A stretch of 64,000 bases of DNA from an uncultured Nitrososphaeraceae archaeon (GTDB taxonomy: Archaea; Thermoproteota; Nitrososphaeria; Nitrososphaerales; Nitrososphaeraceae): positions 192,001-256,000 of the forward strand of contig CAVZZA010000001.1 in assembly GCA_963779615.1 (NCBI GenBank), given 5' to 3'. The notes under the pieces are model-generated. The model was not told the DNA's origin. It saw nothing but the letters and a program-made list of their open reading frames with translations, and did not search any database. A program made the translations under genes and the position numbers. Positions 46,576 to 57,687 of this stretch are shown here, one piece after another. How positions within the stretch are numbered: position 1 is the stretch's first letter; each line of letters opens with the position of its first letter.

Positions 46576-47578
46576 ATGATACAAATTGACGATAATAAAA
46601 TTTTCCAAATAATAGAATCCAAACAACCTAGATCTGTCGCTCTAAATGGGCCTGAGCCATTGCTTCCAAAAATTCAAGCAGTTTCCGAAAAGATTGAGGA
46701 AAAATTTAACATTATTTCATATATAATTGGCGAACGTAGTTGGGGATCATGTGATTTAAATACTCAGGCTGCGAATATGTTAAATGCAGATATTTTATTT
46801 AACATAGGACACACAATAGCAATAGATAGATTCGGCGATAAAGTATTTATGATAAATGCTTATGACGACATAAGTTTTGACAAAGTGGCCCTCAAATGTG
46901 CCAACACATTAAAAGGAAAGTTTAAAAATATATCATTGGTTACAGACAGTCAACACATCCATCAAATCTCCAGGGTAAAAGACATTTTTGAAGAAAACGG
47001 TTTTTCAGTGGTCATTGGGAAAGGCAAAGGACAGCTGAAATGATGCACAAGTTTTCGGCTGTGAATTTTATCCTGTGCATAATATTGCTAACGAAATCGA
47101 GGTATTTATTTTTCTAGGCCAAAGCAGATTCCATTCTATTGGAGTAGCACTGTCTACAGAAAAACCAACATATATGCTAGACCCTTATTTTGAAGAATTT
47201 TTATTGATTAATGAAGAAGCTGAAGTGATTAAAAAGAAATCAATTTTATCTGTGTATAAAGCCTTAGATGCAAGAAAAATTGGAATAATAATCGGTCTAA
47301 AAGAAGGACAATTTGCAAACATCAAAGCTCTAGACATTAGAAAAGATTTAGTAAAATTAGGAATGCAAACACAGTTGATAGCTTTAACAGAAATTTCAAA
47401 TGAAAAATTACAAAATTTTAAAGAAATTGATGCTTTTATACAAGTTGCATGTCCAAGGCTCGGAACTGACAATTACTTTTCAAAGCCCGTTTTATCGGTT
47501 CCTCAATCACAAGCATTCATTAAACTATTAAAAAAAGAACCAATAGAAGAATTTTTCAAAATTCAGCACTGGTTGTAA
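46576..47578 (+). CDS. dph2: diphthamide biosynthesis protein Dph2 (apparent one-base insertion at ~47040)
   Basis: WGSCD, QVFGC (in the shifted frame) and QVACPR supply the three Fe-S cysteines across two ORFs. Confidence 0.9.
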
Positions 47579-47815
47579 CGGTTTGAAAATATGAAAGGGT
47601 AAAATCCGAAAATCATAGATCACCATCTTTAAAAAATAAATAAGACAAATGGTGAATGTATATTATTTGATTTAATTTATATCGTAATTTTTATTTATAT
47701 CCATACACATCTCAACATTTATTTAATGTAAAATAATATAATAGGTATATATCTAAAAAGTAAAAGATTGTTTTTTGAAAGGTTATATAACTAAATCATC
47801 AATAAAAGGCAATTA

Positions 47816-48283
47816 ATGGTCAGTATTTCAAAAAAAGCTTCCTTGGTAATCTTTTTTGCTGCAGGCAGTATTTTTATAGGGATAGGCATTGCCTCAATAG
47901 CAGATTCAAACATTCCGAGATTTGTAGAGATTTCAGAAATAATTAAACCAAATCAAACAGGAATTTTTACTCCAGATATGAATACAGGAAACATCGCAAA
48001 CATTTCTTTCAATAGGTCTGACGCATCAATAGTAATAAAGAGTCCCAATAACGTCGTCATAATGAACAAAACCCAAGATAATCAAATATTTAATGAAACA
48101 ATAAAAGCAGAAAACAATGGAAAATATAAAATAGAGATTACTAATACTGGAAATACAGATCTGGGTTTAAATTTAGGAGCTTTTTCAAAGGCAAGTCCAA
48201 TAGCTTTCAGTGGTCAAATGATGTTAATAATAACAGGAATAATCATAATAGGACTTGGGATGAGAATGAGAAAGCAAGACTGA
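47816..48283 (+). CDS. membrane-anchored protein (N- and C-terminal TM, beta-rich middle)
   Basis: Hydrophobic termini and N-x-S/T sequons. Confidence 0.7.
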   Translation: MVSISKKASLVIFFAAGSIFIGIGIASIADSNIPRFVEISEIIKPNQTGIFTPDMNTGNIANISFNRSDASIVIKSPNNVVIMNKTQDNQIFNETIKAENNGKYKIEITNTGNTDLGLNLGAFSKASPIAFSGQMMLIITGIIIIGLGMRMRKQD

Positions 48284-48284
48284 A

Positions 48285-49112
48285 CTAAACAATCTCGGCT
48301 TTTTTATAGGAACCAAGTATTTTAAAAAAAAGAGTTTCTTTTTTTATATTTAACATAGATTTTTTTATTGTGTCTTCGTTTGGATTTCCTTCAAAGTCAA
48401 CAAAAAAGTAATATTCCCATGGAATATCTTTAGTTGGTCTTGACTCAATTTTCGTTAAATTAATATTTCTTAATGCAAATTCCTTTAAAATCAAGAACAA
48501 AGAACCTGGAGTATGAGAAATAGAAAAAATTATGGAAGTTTTGTCAGCCGTGGTTTGATTACCAGAGATTTTGGATATGACCAAAAATCTTGTAAAGTTA
48601 TTATTTTTATCCTCAATACCTTCTTCAATTATTTTCATATCATAAATTTCAGCAGCTCTCTTACTAGCTATAGCCGATGCATAAACCAAAGAATGTTCTT
48701 TTATAAATTTTACAGAGCCAGCGGTATCGTATGATGGAATGGGCTCTAAAGACCTTTTTCGGATATATTTTCTACATTGGGCTAATGCTTGAGGATGGGA
48801 ATAAACAGTTTTTATTTCCTGAGAGCGATTGTTAGTAATTAAACAATGTCTTATCCTTTGATAAATTTCGCCAGTTACAAATAGCTGTTTTTCCATCAAT
48901 AAATCATAAGTTTCATTCACACTACCTTCTATAGAATTTTCAACTGGAATTATAGCAGCATCTAAAAAAGAATTTTCAACATTATCAAATAAATCCTGAA
49001 AAGATCTGAATGGAATAAAATTAGCTTGGGAATTGGAAAAAAATCTAAGTGCGGCTATTTCACTGTAGGATCCTAACTCCCCTTGAAATCCTATTTTTTC
49101 AATATCCATCAT
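48285..49112 (-). CDS. pheA: prephenate dehydratase
   Basis: FQGELGSYSE, PVENSIEGSV, SHPQALAQC, NFTRF and TKIESRP; ATGA overlap with the csl4 stop. Confidence 0.95.
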   Translation of the reverse strand: MMDIEKIGFQGELGSYSEIAALRFFSNSQANFIPFRSFQDLFDNVENSFLDAAIIPVENSIEGSVNETYDLLMEKQLFVTGEIYQRIRHCLITNNRSQEIKTVYSHPQALAQCRKYIRKRSLEPIPSYDTAGSVKFIKEHSLVYASAIASKRAAEIYDMKIIEEGIEDKNNNFTRFLVISKISGNQTTADKTSIIFSISHTPGSLFLILKEFALRNINLTKIESRPTKDIPWEYYFFVDFEGNPNEDTIKKSMLNIKKETLFFKILGSYKKAEIV

Positions 49113-49738
49113 TTTGTAAAACATTGTTTATCATAAAGCAACGTGAAAGCTTCTTTACCATAATCAATGGAAACTTTTCTTTCTTCAAAATTACCACATG
49201 ATGTACATTTTAACCCCCCCTGAACTTTGATTAAATCACAATTGCCACAGGAAAAACAAATTGTGTAAACTAAACCCAAATCTTTATCTTCTAACGTTAT
49301 ATGAATTGAAGAATTCAATAGGCTAAAAACTCTTCCACGTATAATATCCCCTACTTTAAAAATAAGCTTTCCCTTATAATTCCTTTCACGCCAACCAGAA
49401 TTATAGTTACCCCCCATGTTAGAAATGCGAGTAGACGCAATTGCAGAAAATCCAGAATGAGAATGCTTATCATTGATATAGACAACCCTTACCGATATCA
49501 TATTTCCAAATAACATATCAATATAACCAACTACAATATCTCCAATTTTTGGTATCAGTGGAGGGTTTTTTTGCGTAATATCTAATATTCTACTAACCAT
49601 ATTAACAACAGGCTTACCTATAACAGCAGATCTAACATCGCCTTCAATTACAAAAGTATTTTTTCCCGGCTCAAATTCTTCAATTACCGAAATGGAATTT
49701 CCTGGAATAATATTATCAATTTCTCGGATTTTATTCAC
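49109..49738 (-). CDS. csl4: exosome subunit Csl4
   Basis: IEEFEPG, PKIGDIVVG (S1 domain), CFSC...CTSCGNFEERK zinc ribbon. Confidence 0.92.
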   Translation of the reverse strand: MNKIREIDNIIPGNSISVIEEFEPGKNTFVIEGDVRSAVIGKPVVNMVSRILDITQKNPPLIPKIGDIVVGYIDMLFGNMISVRVVYINDKHSHSGFSAIASTRISNMGGNYNSGWRERNYKGKLIFKVGDIIRGRVFSLLNSSIHITLEDKDLGLVYTICFSCGNCDLIKVQGGLKCTSCGNFEERKVSIDYGKEAFTLLYDKQCFTK

Positions 49739-49797
49739 ATTAAATCAATAAACATTATCTACTTTATAGTTATAATTGTTGCACAAAAGATAACACA

Positions 49798-50661
49798 TTA
49801 ATTTAATAATTTAATTGTATTCAATGCTATTTTGGTTTCTTTTACATTATGAGTTCGTATTAGAGAGGCTCCATTTAATATGCAATAAATTTCTGTAACT
49901 ATTGATGGTATCAGTCTTTCATCTACATTTAGATCCAGCAACAAACCCATAAATGATTTCCTGGAAACTGAAATACAAATGGGCCTATCGAGAGAAGTTA
50001 TTAATGTAATATTAGAGATAACATCGATATCTCGTACATACCAATCCATTCCGTCGATTTTTGAAAAAAAAGGACTAATACCAGATTTTCTAAAAAATCC
50101 AATAGATGGATCAACTATCACTTTTTCATCGTTTATCTTAAAACCTTTAGTAATGTTTATACTGTCCACTAATAATTTAATAGTGTCATAAATATCGCCA
50201 GCTAATAAATTTGGATAATCAGAATTAATCCTAAAAGCGCCTACAATAACTGGAATTTCACACTTAGAAACTATCAAAGGCATTTGTTTATCATATTTTA
50301 ATCCTGAAATATCGTTTAATGCATTTATTTCATATTTTAATAGAGATGCCAATACTTTGGATCTGACAGTATCTACCGAAATAGGTATATCACTGATCTG
50401 ACGAATTACAGATATTGCATGTTGTAGTCTTTCCACCTCCAAATCAATCGGAATATACGTTTCCAAATAAGGAGCCGTAGACATACCTCCTACATCAATG
50501 ATGTCAGCCCCAGCACATTGCATATCTAAAACAGCATTTTGAATTTCATCAGAATTTAATTTTACAGACTTTTTATAAAAGGATTCAGGACTTAAATTAA
50601 CTATCCCCATTATTTTGGGGCAGGAATTTTGGCCTATTGTAACATTACCTATCTCTGTCAA
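49798..50661 (-). CDS. folP: dihydropteroate synthase
   Basis: IMGIVNLSPESF, IDVGGMST, ISVDT, SRKSF and IRTHNV. Confidence 0.92.
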   Translation of the reverse strand: MTEIGNVTIGQNSCPKIMGIVNLSPESFYKKSVKLNSDEIQNAVLDMQCAGADIIDVGGMSTAPYLETYIPIDLEVERLQHAISVIRQISDIPISVDTVRSKVLASLLKYEINALNDISGLKYDKQMPLIVSKCEIPVIVGAFRINSDYPNLLAGDIYDTIKLLVDSINITKGFKINDEKVIVDPSIGFFRKSGISPFFSKIDGMDWYVRDIDVISNITLITSLDRPICISVSRKSFMGLLLDLNVDERLIPSIVTEIYCILNGASLIRTHNVKETKIALNTIKLLN

Positions 50662-51331
50662 TAAAACACAAATACAAAAAAGGTATTAATACATTAATAT
50701 AAAGACATTTTAAAAACAATCAAATGCATTTAACATTTTTTTATGAAACAAATCCGGATATTATTTGATTATTCTTAACTTTACTCCAAATTACGAAAAT
50801 TGAAAAAGATTCAATCGCCTCGATTTATATTTAAGTATACTGTTTTTTCATATTGGAAACAGAGTTGATCCTTTCAGTTCTATATATAACATATTGAAGT
50901 TCTCAATCATGCTGTTTATTGAAGGCAAAATGATGTTTTAGTCGCAGAAATTTATAAGCCTCCCACAATATTGGATAGATACATATATAGAAATTTACGA
51001 TAAGTCTTCATACTATAACAAATTCCATTTTTCAATATGTCAACTCCAAGAGTTTCTTATCGCAGTGTCTTGATAACACATACCAGGGGTATTGAACTCC
51101 TACCGTGATCGACATTTTATAAAGTATTGTACCCCCAAATTATTTTTCTTTTGCAGGCCTATTTTGATATTCTGCTCTTGTGAGGGCCCAAATAAAGACA
51201 TGTGTCCTTTAAAAAAGGCAATATCCCACATAATCTTCTTAACAGAAATAAATAAAAGTAAATACAGGTCATGAAAAGGAGAAGAAAAAAATAAAAATTT
51301 TATAATCTAGAAATACCTTTAATAATAAATT

Positions 51332-51739
51332 ATGGAAAACAATATTTCGAATTTTAAAGAACTTTGCGATATAATTATTGGAATAGACACTAGAATAAGG
51401 TTTATTGGAATAGCAGATAAACATGGAATAATAATAACCAAAGGAGAAAGAAAAGGAATAGTACCGCTATTAAATGATGAAGAAACAGAGCAATATGCCA
51501 TAACGGCATCTACAAGACAATATACAAGATTGAGATGGCAAAATATTTTAGGAAAACTACATTATACTTGTTCTTTATATGAAAAGATTCTAAGAATAAC
51601 AATACCAATAACTAATCAAAACAACAGATTAGAATACCTGTTGATTTTTACTTTGGACCCCAACATTAACGATTTTGATAATTTGGTTATGAATAAAATA
51701 ATGCATCCAATAAATAATTTTTTTTCTAAACTATTATAA
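51332..51739 (+). CDS. roadblock/profilin-like thaumarchaeal protein (DUF6659-like)
   Basis: IRFIGIADKHG...RKGIVPLL...LGKLHY...YEKI pattern. Confidence 0.7.
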   Translation: MENNISNFKELCDIIIGIDTRIRFIGIADKHGIIITKGERKGIVPLLNDEETEQYAITASTRQYTRLRWQNILGKLHYTCSLYEKILRITIPITNQNNRLEYLLIFTLDPNINDFDNLVMNKIMHPINNFFSKLL

Positions 51740-52073
51740 TTTATAAATTATCGAATTCATTTGGAAAAATTGAGAGGGTTAATTATTTACATAAATAAAA
51801 TTGTAATGCCAGAAATAATAAATTGCACGATTAACCAAACACCAAGTTTTATCCTTGCATACTTTTTTAATACCGTATTAATATTATTAAAATAATAATA
51901 GCTATGAATTTTAAAAATGCCATTTAGAAAAATAAAATTGAAGAATAGAAGAAGAAGAAGAAAATAAAACTATTTTTAACAGTCAATAAAAAAGATAACC
52001 AAAGAGATAGAAATCTATTGATATTTCAAAAGATTTAATATCGAAATCCAAAGAAGAAGTAACTAGTTAGTGA

Positions 52074-52961
52074 ATGACTCATTGCATAGCTATACATTCG
52101 TACAAGGGCGGTACAGGTAAAACAACTATTGCTGCAAATACTGCAGCACTGCTTGTGAAAGCAGGTAAAAAAGTTGCCCTTTTAGATCTAGACATTTATG
52201 CACCCAGTTTACACAATTACTTTAAAATAACCCCAAAGAAATGGATAAATGACTTTTTAGATAACAATGCAGATATTGAAGAAACAATATTGGATGTGAC
52301 TGAATCGATACATAACAAAGGGGAATCCTTAGGCAAGTTTTTTGTAGGTTTTTCAAATCCAAACAGAGATGCAATATTTAAATTTGAAATTAGCAATGGA
52401 ACAGAGTATTGGAAAAAACAATTTAGAAAATTAGTGTTCCTAAGAGAGCAAATGATAACCAAGATGGACATGGACTATATAATAATAGACACCAGTCCAG
52501 GAATTAGGCATTGGTCTATAAATGCTCTATCAATAGCAGATAAATTAATACTTACCATGAAAATGGATGACTTAGACATAGAGGGAACAAAAAAATTAAT
52601 ATATGAGATATATACGACATTTGTAAAATTCGGTGCCATATCATACATTTTACTCAATAGAATATCAGGATATTGTGTTCCTATGACACCAGTTAAACCC
52701 CCAGACGAGAAAACCAATCCTACACATGCACATTATGCACAAACATACAATAATACAATAGAAATGTCAAATGCAAAACATGTATTAGAGGGATTAGAGG
52801 AAATGACAGGTGTAAAATACCTTACACCTTTACCCTGTTATTGCGATATCCAATTTAGCTCCAGGGAGTTCTTAACAGTAGTCAATAATCCAAACCATCC
52901 TTTTTCAAAAAGCTTACAAACCATAATTAGCGAGATAGTAAAAGACACAAATGTTTCATAA
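52074..52961 (+). CDS. MinD/ParA-family ATPase
   Basis: Deviant Walker A SYKGGTGKTT, LLDLD and IIDTSPG. Confidence 0.9.
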   Translation: MTHCIAIHSYKGGTGKTTIAANTAALLVKAGKKVALLDLDIYAPSLHNYFKITPKKWINDFLDNNADIEETILDVTESIHNKGESLGKFFVGFSNPNRDAIFKFEISNGTEYWKKQFRKLVFLREQMITKMDMDYIIIDTSPGIRHWSINALSIADKLILTMKMDDLDIEGTKKLIYEIYTTFVKFGAISYILLNRISGYCVPMTPVKPPDEKTNPTHAHYAQTYNNTIEMSNAKHVLEGLEEMTGVKYLTPLPCYCDIQFSSREFLTVVNNPNHPFSKSLQTIISEIVKDTNVS

Positions 52962-53030
52962 ATACAATACAAAAACAATATTTAATATTTAATTTTAAAT
53001 TAGAGATCAGATATATAAAATCAGCCTGAT

Positions 53031-53660
53031 ATGAATAAAAAAAGGAAAAATCCAGAAGATAACAATAATAAAAATAATATAAATAATAAAGTAGAAGATA
53101 ATAACACCAGTTATTTCGCCAGAGGTAGAAAAAAAAGAAAACAGTATATGAAAATAATAATTCCTGCAATTCTAGGGGTTATTGCAATTAGCATAGTATT
53201 AGCAGTATTATTTCCAGGGAGTAACACTTATGCAAAATATGGAGTGGTAGGATCTGCACACGAACACGCTGCGTTAATAGTTGATTTGAATGGAACAAAA
53301 ATTAACTTTGCCCAGCCAAAATACATGATAAGATCTAATTACATCCATATGGAAAACCATAATGGTGCACCAGATGGAACAACTTTACACAGACATGCCA
53401 CCATGGTACCCATCGGAGAATTTTTAAAGAGCGTACGAATGGACATATCAAATGGTTGCTTTATAACCGATGAGAATAAACGCTTTTGTGATAATAACAA
53501 TACAAAATTAACATATTACATAAATGGAAATCAAACTAAAGATATAATGGGATATGTATTAAAAGACGATGATAGGATTTTGATACTTTATGGAAATCAA
53601 AGTTCAAGTGAAGTTAATAATGAGATACAGGAACTAAATAATGTAACAATAAATAGATAA
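53031..53660 (+). CDS. membrane-anchored His-motif protein
   Basis: Basic segment plus one TM, then HEHA, IHME, LHRHA and YVLKDDDRILILYG. Confidence 0.7.
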   Translation: MNKKRKNPEDNNNKNNINNKVEDNNTSYFARGRKKRKQYMKIIIPAILGVIAISIVLAVLFPGSNTYAKYGVVGSAHEHAALIVDLNGTKINFAQPKYMIRSNYIHMENHNGAPDGTTLHRHATMVPIGEFLKSVRMDISNGCFITDENKRFCDNNNTKLTYYINGNQTKDIMGYVLKDDDRILILYGNQSSSEVNNEIQELNNVTINR

Positions 53661-53972
53661 AGTAATAGGGTAGCAATTCGAAATTTACTTTTTGTTTTGA
53701 ATTATATCCAGTTTCATTTTTATTTAAAAAAACAATATCCCATTTATTTAATATAGTGATATTATATATCCTGATGTGTTCTTTACAATTTAAACAACAA
53801 AAGCACTTTTTACAAATGCAATATTGTTTTTATTACTAGTTATTAAAAAAAGGATGTTGTTAGAGTTTTTTAAATTTTTAATGCCTCGATATCTATATTT
53901 ATCCATTTATTATGATAACAAGGCTAAAAACTAGATTTCGAGTTTGAAAGGTACAAGAACAGGCATACATAT

Positions 53973-54782
53973 TCATTCCACTGGAAGTGTAGGTATATTG
54001 CCCCATTCACCCCATGAGCCTAGATACATTTTAACATTGAGATAACCGAGGTTTTTCAACACAAGATATGTATTTGCAGCTCTATAGCCACCTTGACAGT
54101 ACGTAATGACCTCTTTATCTATTGGAATGAAAGAATACAATTGAACAAGTTTACCTAATTCTTTAAATTTGCCGTTTTCAAGATTCCTAACCCAATCAAT
54201 ATTAACAGAGTTAGGAATATGTCCTCTTCTGGCCGCCCTCACAATTAACCCGTCATACTCCATTTCAGACCTACAATCAATAACGAATACATCATTAGTT
54301 TTTTGTTCAATTATATTTTTAATATATTCTGCATCAGCCAATACTTTATTGTTTATTCTGAAAACATTTTCAGAATGAATAAATGGGTTAGTTTTTGTTT
54401 CTACGGGATAGTCTGATTTTAACCAATTTTCAAAACCTCCATCCAATATACAAACATCTGTATGAGAAAAATAATGTAATAACCAAACTCCCCTCGACGC
54501 CGATGAGCCAGAAATACCATCATAAAAGATTACAAAACTTTGTGGATTAACGCCAACATAATTTAACAACATATTCATTTGTTTATTAAATTGAACAATT
54601 CCCTGCTTTGAAGTATCAAACCAATGGAAATTCATCAAGTCCATGTTAATTGAGCCAGGAATATGCCCTTTATTATAATCAGAAAAAGGTCTCGCATCTA
54701 TAAGTAATAAATTCGGATTTTGAGCATCAATCAATTGATATAAAGACTCACCATAAATAACGGTGTCCAAAATTAAAACCAA
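53973..54782 (-). CDS. tandem-domain rhodanese / sulfurtransferase
   Basis: GHIPGS, LDGG, YCQGGYRA and YLGSWGEW. Confidence 0.93.
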   Translation of the reverse strand: MVLILDTVIYGESLYQLIDAQNPNLLLIDARPFSDYNKGHIPGSINMDLMNFHWFDTSKQGIVQFNKQMNMLLNYVGVNPQSFVIFYDGISGSSASRGVWLLHYFSHTDVCILDGGFENWLKSDYPVETKTNPFIHSENVFRINNKVLADAEYIKNIIEQKTNDVFVIDCRSEMEYDGLIVRAARRGHIPNSVNIDWVRNLENGKFKELGKLVQLYSFIPIDKEVITYCQGGYRAANTYLVLKNLGYLNVKMYLGSWGEWGNIPTLPVE

Positions 54783-54881
54783 TATAATTAATTTAAGCCT
54801 ATAGATAATGCTTTCTCATAACAAAATACTAATTTGAAAAAGGTTTTAATAAAAAGTGATAAAATAAATCAAGTATATCAA

Positions 54882-55328
54882 ATGGTAAGAAAAGCGGCAA
54901 AGTCAAAATCTGAAGAAAACGGTCTTCCAGAATGGGCAGAAAATGAAATAAAATATGCAAATTTTCAAGGATATGACATGATTAATAGAACAGGTTATTT
55001 CCTAGATATTAACGAACAGAAAAAAAAAGCGGACATTCAATTATACGAATCACTACCAGACGGCAGAACTATAATTGAAGAAATAGAAATTTCAGACAAA
55101 TCAAACATAAATGAATTCATGAAAGGTTTTGTGTATGAATACAATATTAAAATTTCAAAAGCTGGATTAAGCGAACAATTAGCAGAATTATTAAAAACAA
55201 AATATCAGCTTGATATAAATGAAATTTATAAATTTGATTTAGAAACTGCCCAAATGATGAATGTAGAATCAGACATCATACAGAATAACTCTGGAGGAGA
55301 AGAAGAAGAGGACATCGATGAAAAATGA
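54882..55328 (+). CDS. hypothetical protein with acidic tail
   Basis: Long protein-like ORF; ATG at 54882 preferred over the upstream TTG. Confidence 0.7.
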   Translation: MVRKAAKSKSEENGLPEWAENEIKYANFQGYDMINRTGYFLDINEQKKKADIQLYESLPDGRTIIEEIEISDKSNINEFMKGFVYEYNIKISKAGLSEQLAELLKTKYQLDINEIYKFDLETAQMMNVESDIIQNNSGGEEEEDIDEK

Positions 55329-55762
55329 TAAATATTGTTTTATAACCCAATATTTCTTTTTATTATGATTTTAGAGAGCTTTTGTACAATGAATCGTTTC
55401 AAGATGGTCTGTAAAATCAACGATTCAATTTCATTTATTGAAGTTTTTCTATTTTTCAGATACACTGTTTCAGCATTAGATTAAGACATTCATACACTGA
55501 ATACCAAGAATTGAATTGCTTATCACAATTACCAAGTTTTGTCAAATTGTCACAGCATTATTGGAACTAGATTTAGATTTGTTTTTTGATATTAAATAAA
55601 TTTTAAATCGGCTAATGAAAAATCATTAGAAACATATTCACCACCAAACTAAAGGACATCTCATCAATTAGACAATTTTATCTTTAAAAATGGAAATAAT
55701 ATCTTTCACCATAGATAAAAACTTTAAATGAAAAATACTTAAAACGTTTATAATAAATTTTC

Positions 55763-56815
55763 TTAACTGTCAGTAAATGTAGAAGTAGAAGGTTGCGACA
55801 TTTTTGAATAGCTTTTACCCAATGCCAATTTCATTAATGCAATCCACATTATAATTAAAGGAATGTGATAAGAGGCTATACGCCAAGCAACAATCACATT
55901 CAATTGGCCATCAGTAAGAATATTTCCAAGCTGTGAGAAATCATTCAAGTGTGTGATATAGCCCCAAAGACCTAATTCTGCCAAACCAGAGCCCCCTATT
56001 GTAACAGGCAGAGTTCCCAAAATAGTAGAAGAAGAGGTGGCCATAAATGAGGTAAATAAATTGACATCATTCCCTATAGAATGGGTTAATACAAGAAAAG
56101 AAAGACCATGAAAAACAAATGCCAATAAAGTAATGACTATACCAACTGAGAATATTTTAACAGATTTGAATGAACCAAAGTTTTCTCTGCTCATCATGCA
56201 TAAATCGTCTAACGCTTTATTTACAGAATTAACTCCACGGATGGCTTTTTCTTCTGAAATGAATTTTTTGCATAACTTTAAAGAAAATGATGGTAATCTG
56301 ATATTTTTTTTTGCAGAATAAATCAATAGAAAAAACCAAAATCCAAAAGTTGGAAGAGCAATCAAAATTAGCAAAACGCCAATAAATGTGGCCCCCTCAA
56401 GCAGTGCATTAAAACCTGCTATAAAAGCCAGTATTGTACCAACAAAAACATCTGCAATAATCTCCATGGTAGTGACCCATGCAGCTTTTCCTGCAGAAAC
56501 ATTGTTTTTTGTTAAAAATGCGATTCTTACAAGCTCTCCACCAACATAAGAAGGTGTAGTCTGAGTTACAAATTCACCCGCCAACCTAGCATAAACTATT
56601 TTCCAAAACGAACTTACCTCACTTCCAATGAATTTCCTAACAAAATAAAAAAATCGGATTGCCTGAAGGAAGATCTTTATCATCGTTGCAACAAAAGACA
56701 ATAAAAAAGGAAAAATACCAACGGAAAAAATATCATTGAGTGATACGGGAGTAAATACAAACATAAGTATTATAGGAATTATACTTACAAGGATGGAAAG
56801 TAAACGCCAATTCAA
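55763..56815 (-). CDS. UPF0104 / lysylphosphatidylglycerol synthase TM-like flippase
   Basis: TTPSYVGGELVR, LPVTIGGSGLAE, WRIASYH and multiple TMs. Confidence 0.88.
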   Translation of the reverse strand: MNWRLLSILVSIIPIILMFVFTPVSLNDIFSVGIFPFLLSFVATMIKIFLQAIRFFYFVRKFIGSEVSSFWKIVYARLAGEFVTQTTPSYVGGELVRIAFLTKNNVSAGKAAWVTTMEIIADVFVGTILAFIAGFNALLEGATFIGVLLILIALPTFGFWFFLLIYSAKKNIRLPSFSLKLCKKFISEEKAIRGVNSVNKALDDLCMMSRENFGSFKSVKIFSVGIVITLLAFVFHGLSFLVLTHSIGNDVNLFTSFMATSSSTILGTLPVTIGGSGLAELGLWGYITHLNDFSQLGNILTDGQLNVIVAWRIASYHIPLIIMWIALMKLALGKSYSKMSQPSTSTFTDS

Positions 56816-56899
56816 CTTATATCAACTAATTCAAATCAAGTAATATAATAATCATACAAATAGAACAATAAAATTAGAATAAGATGGAAACCATTTCAA

Positions 56900-57671
56900 A
56901 TGCATACTATTTTCGTTACTGGTACGGCTGGCTCAGGAAAATCATTATTAACATCCAACCTTTTAAAATGGTACAACAGTAATGGCATTACACCCATATC
57001 AATAAATTTAGACCCAGGCGTAACTAATTTACCTTATGATTCGGATATAGACGTAAGGGATTTTATTGATATATATTCAATCATGGAAAATTATAATTTA
57101 GGGCCAAATGGCTCATTGATATTAGCTAACGATTTAATATCTACCAAGTTAAGCGAAATACAACATCAGGCAGATGAACTAAATCCTGATTATATTGTTG
57201 TAGACACACCAGGACAGATAGAGTTGTTCGCTTTTAGATCCAGTGGCCCATATTTCGTTTCAAATTTTTTTTCAGACAGCAAAGTAACTCTTTTTACTAT
57301 TGATGGGACTTTAGCTCAATCACCAATCAATTATGTATCATTAATGTTTTTATCACAATCGGTTAAATTACGACTAAATACACCCCAAATTAATGTTCTC
57401 ACCAAAAGAGACAAAATAATAGACAAGTTGGAAGAAGTTACTTGAATGGTCTAACTCCATTTCATCATTACAAAATTCACTTTATGAAGAAAAAAATCAC
57501 GAGCAATCATTGCTTAGCATGGATATAATAAGAACTCTTTATAAAAGCGGACACTTAACAAATCCTATCGCAATATCAAACATAACAATGAACGGAATGA
57601 TAAATTTATCAGGAGCTCTTTCGCGAATATTTACACAGGGAGAAGAGGAAGCAGAAGAAAAAAACGGATAA
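56900..57671 (+). CDS. GPN-loop GTPase (apparent one-base insertion at ~57439)
   Basis: GTAGSGKS, NLDPG, LGPNG, DTPGQIE and TKRD. The shifted frame continues LEWSNS...PIAISNITMNG to TAA at 57671. Confidence 0.9.
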
Positions 57672-57687
57672 GAAATGTGATATAATT

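Noticed and set aside
47041-47043. Selenocysteine or stop read-through at the TGA in dph2 (and at 57443 in the GPN GTPase)
   Set aside because: The conserved continuation is in a different frame, so read-through would not restore the protein.
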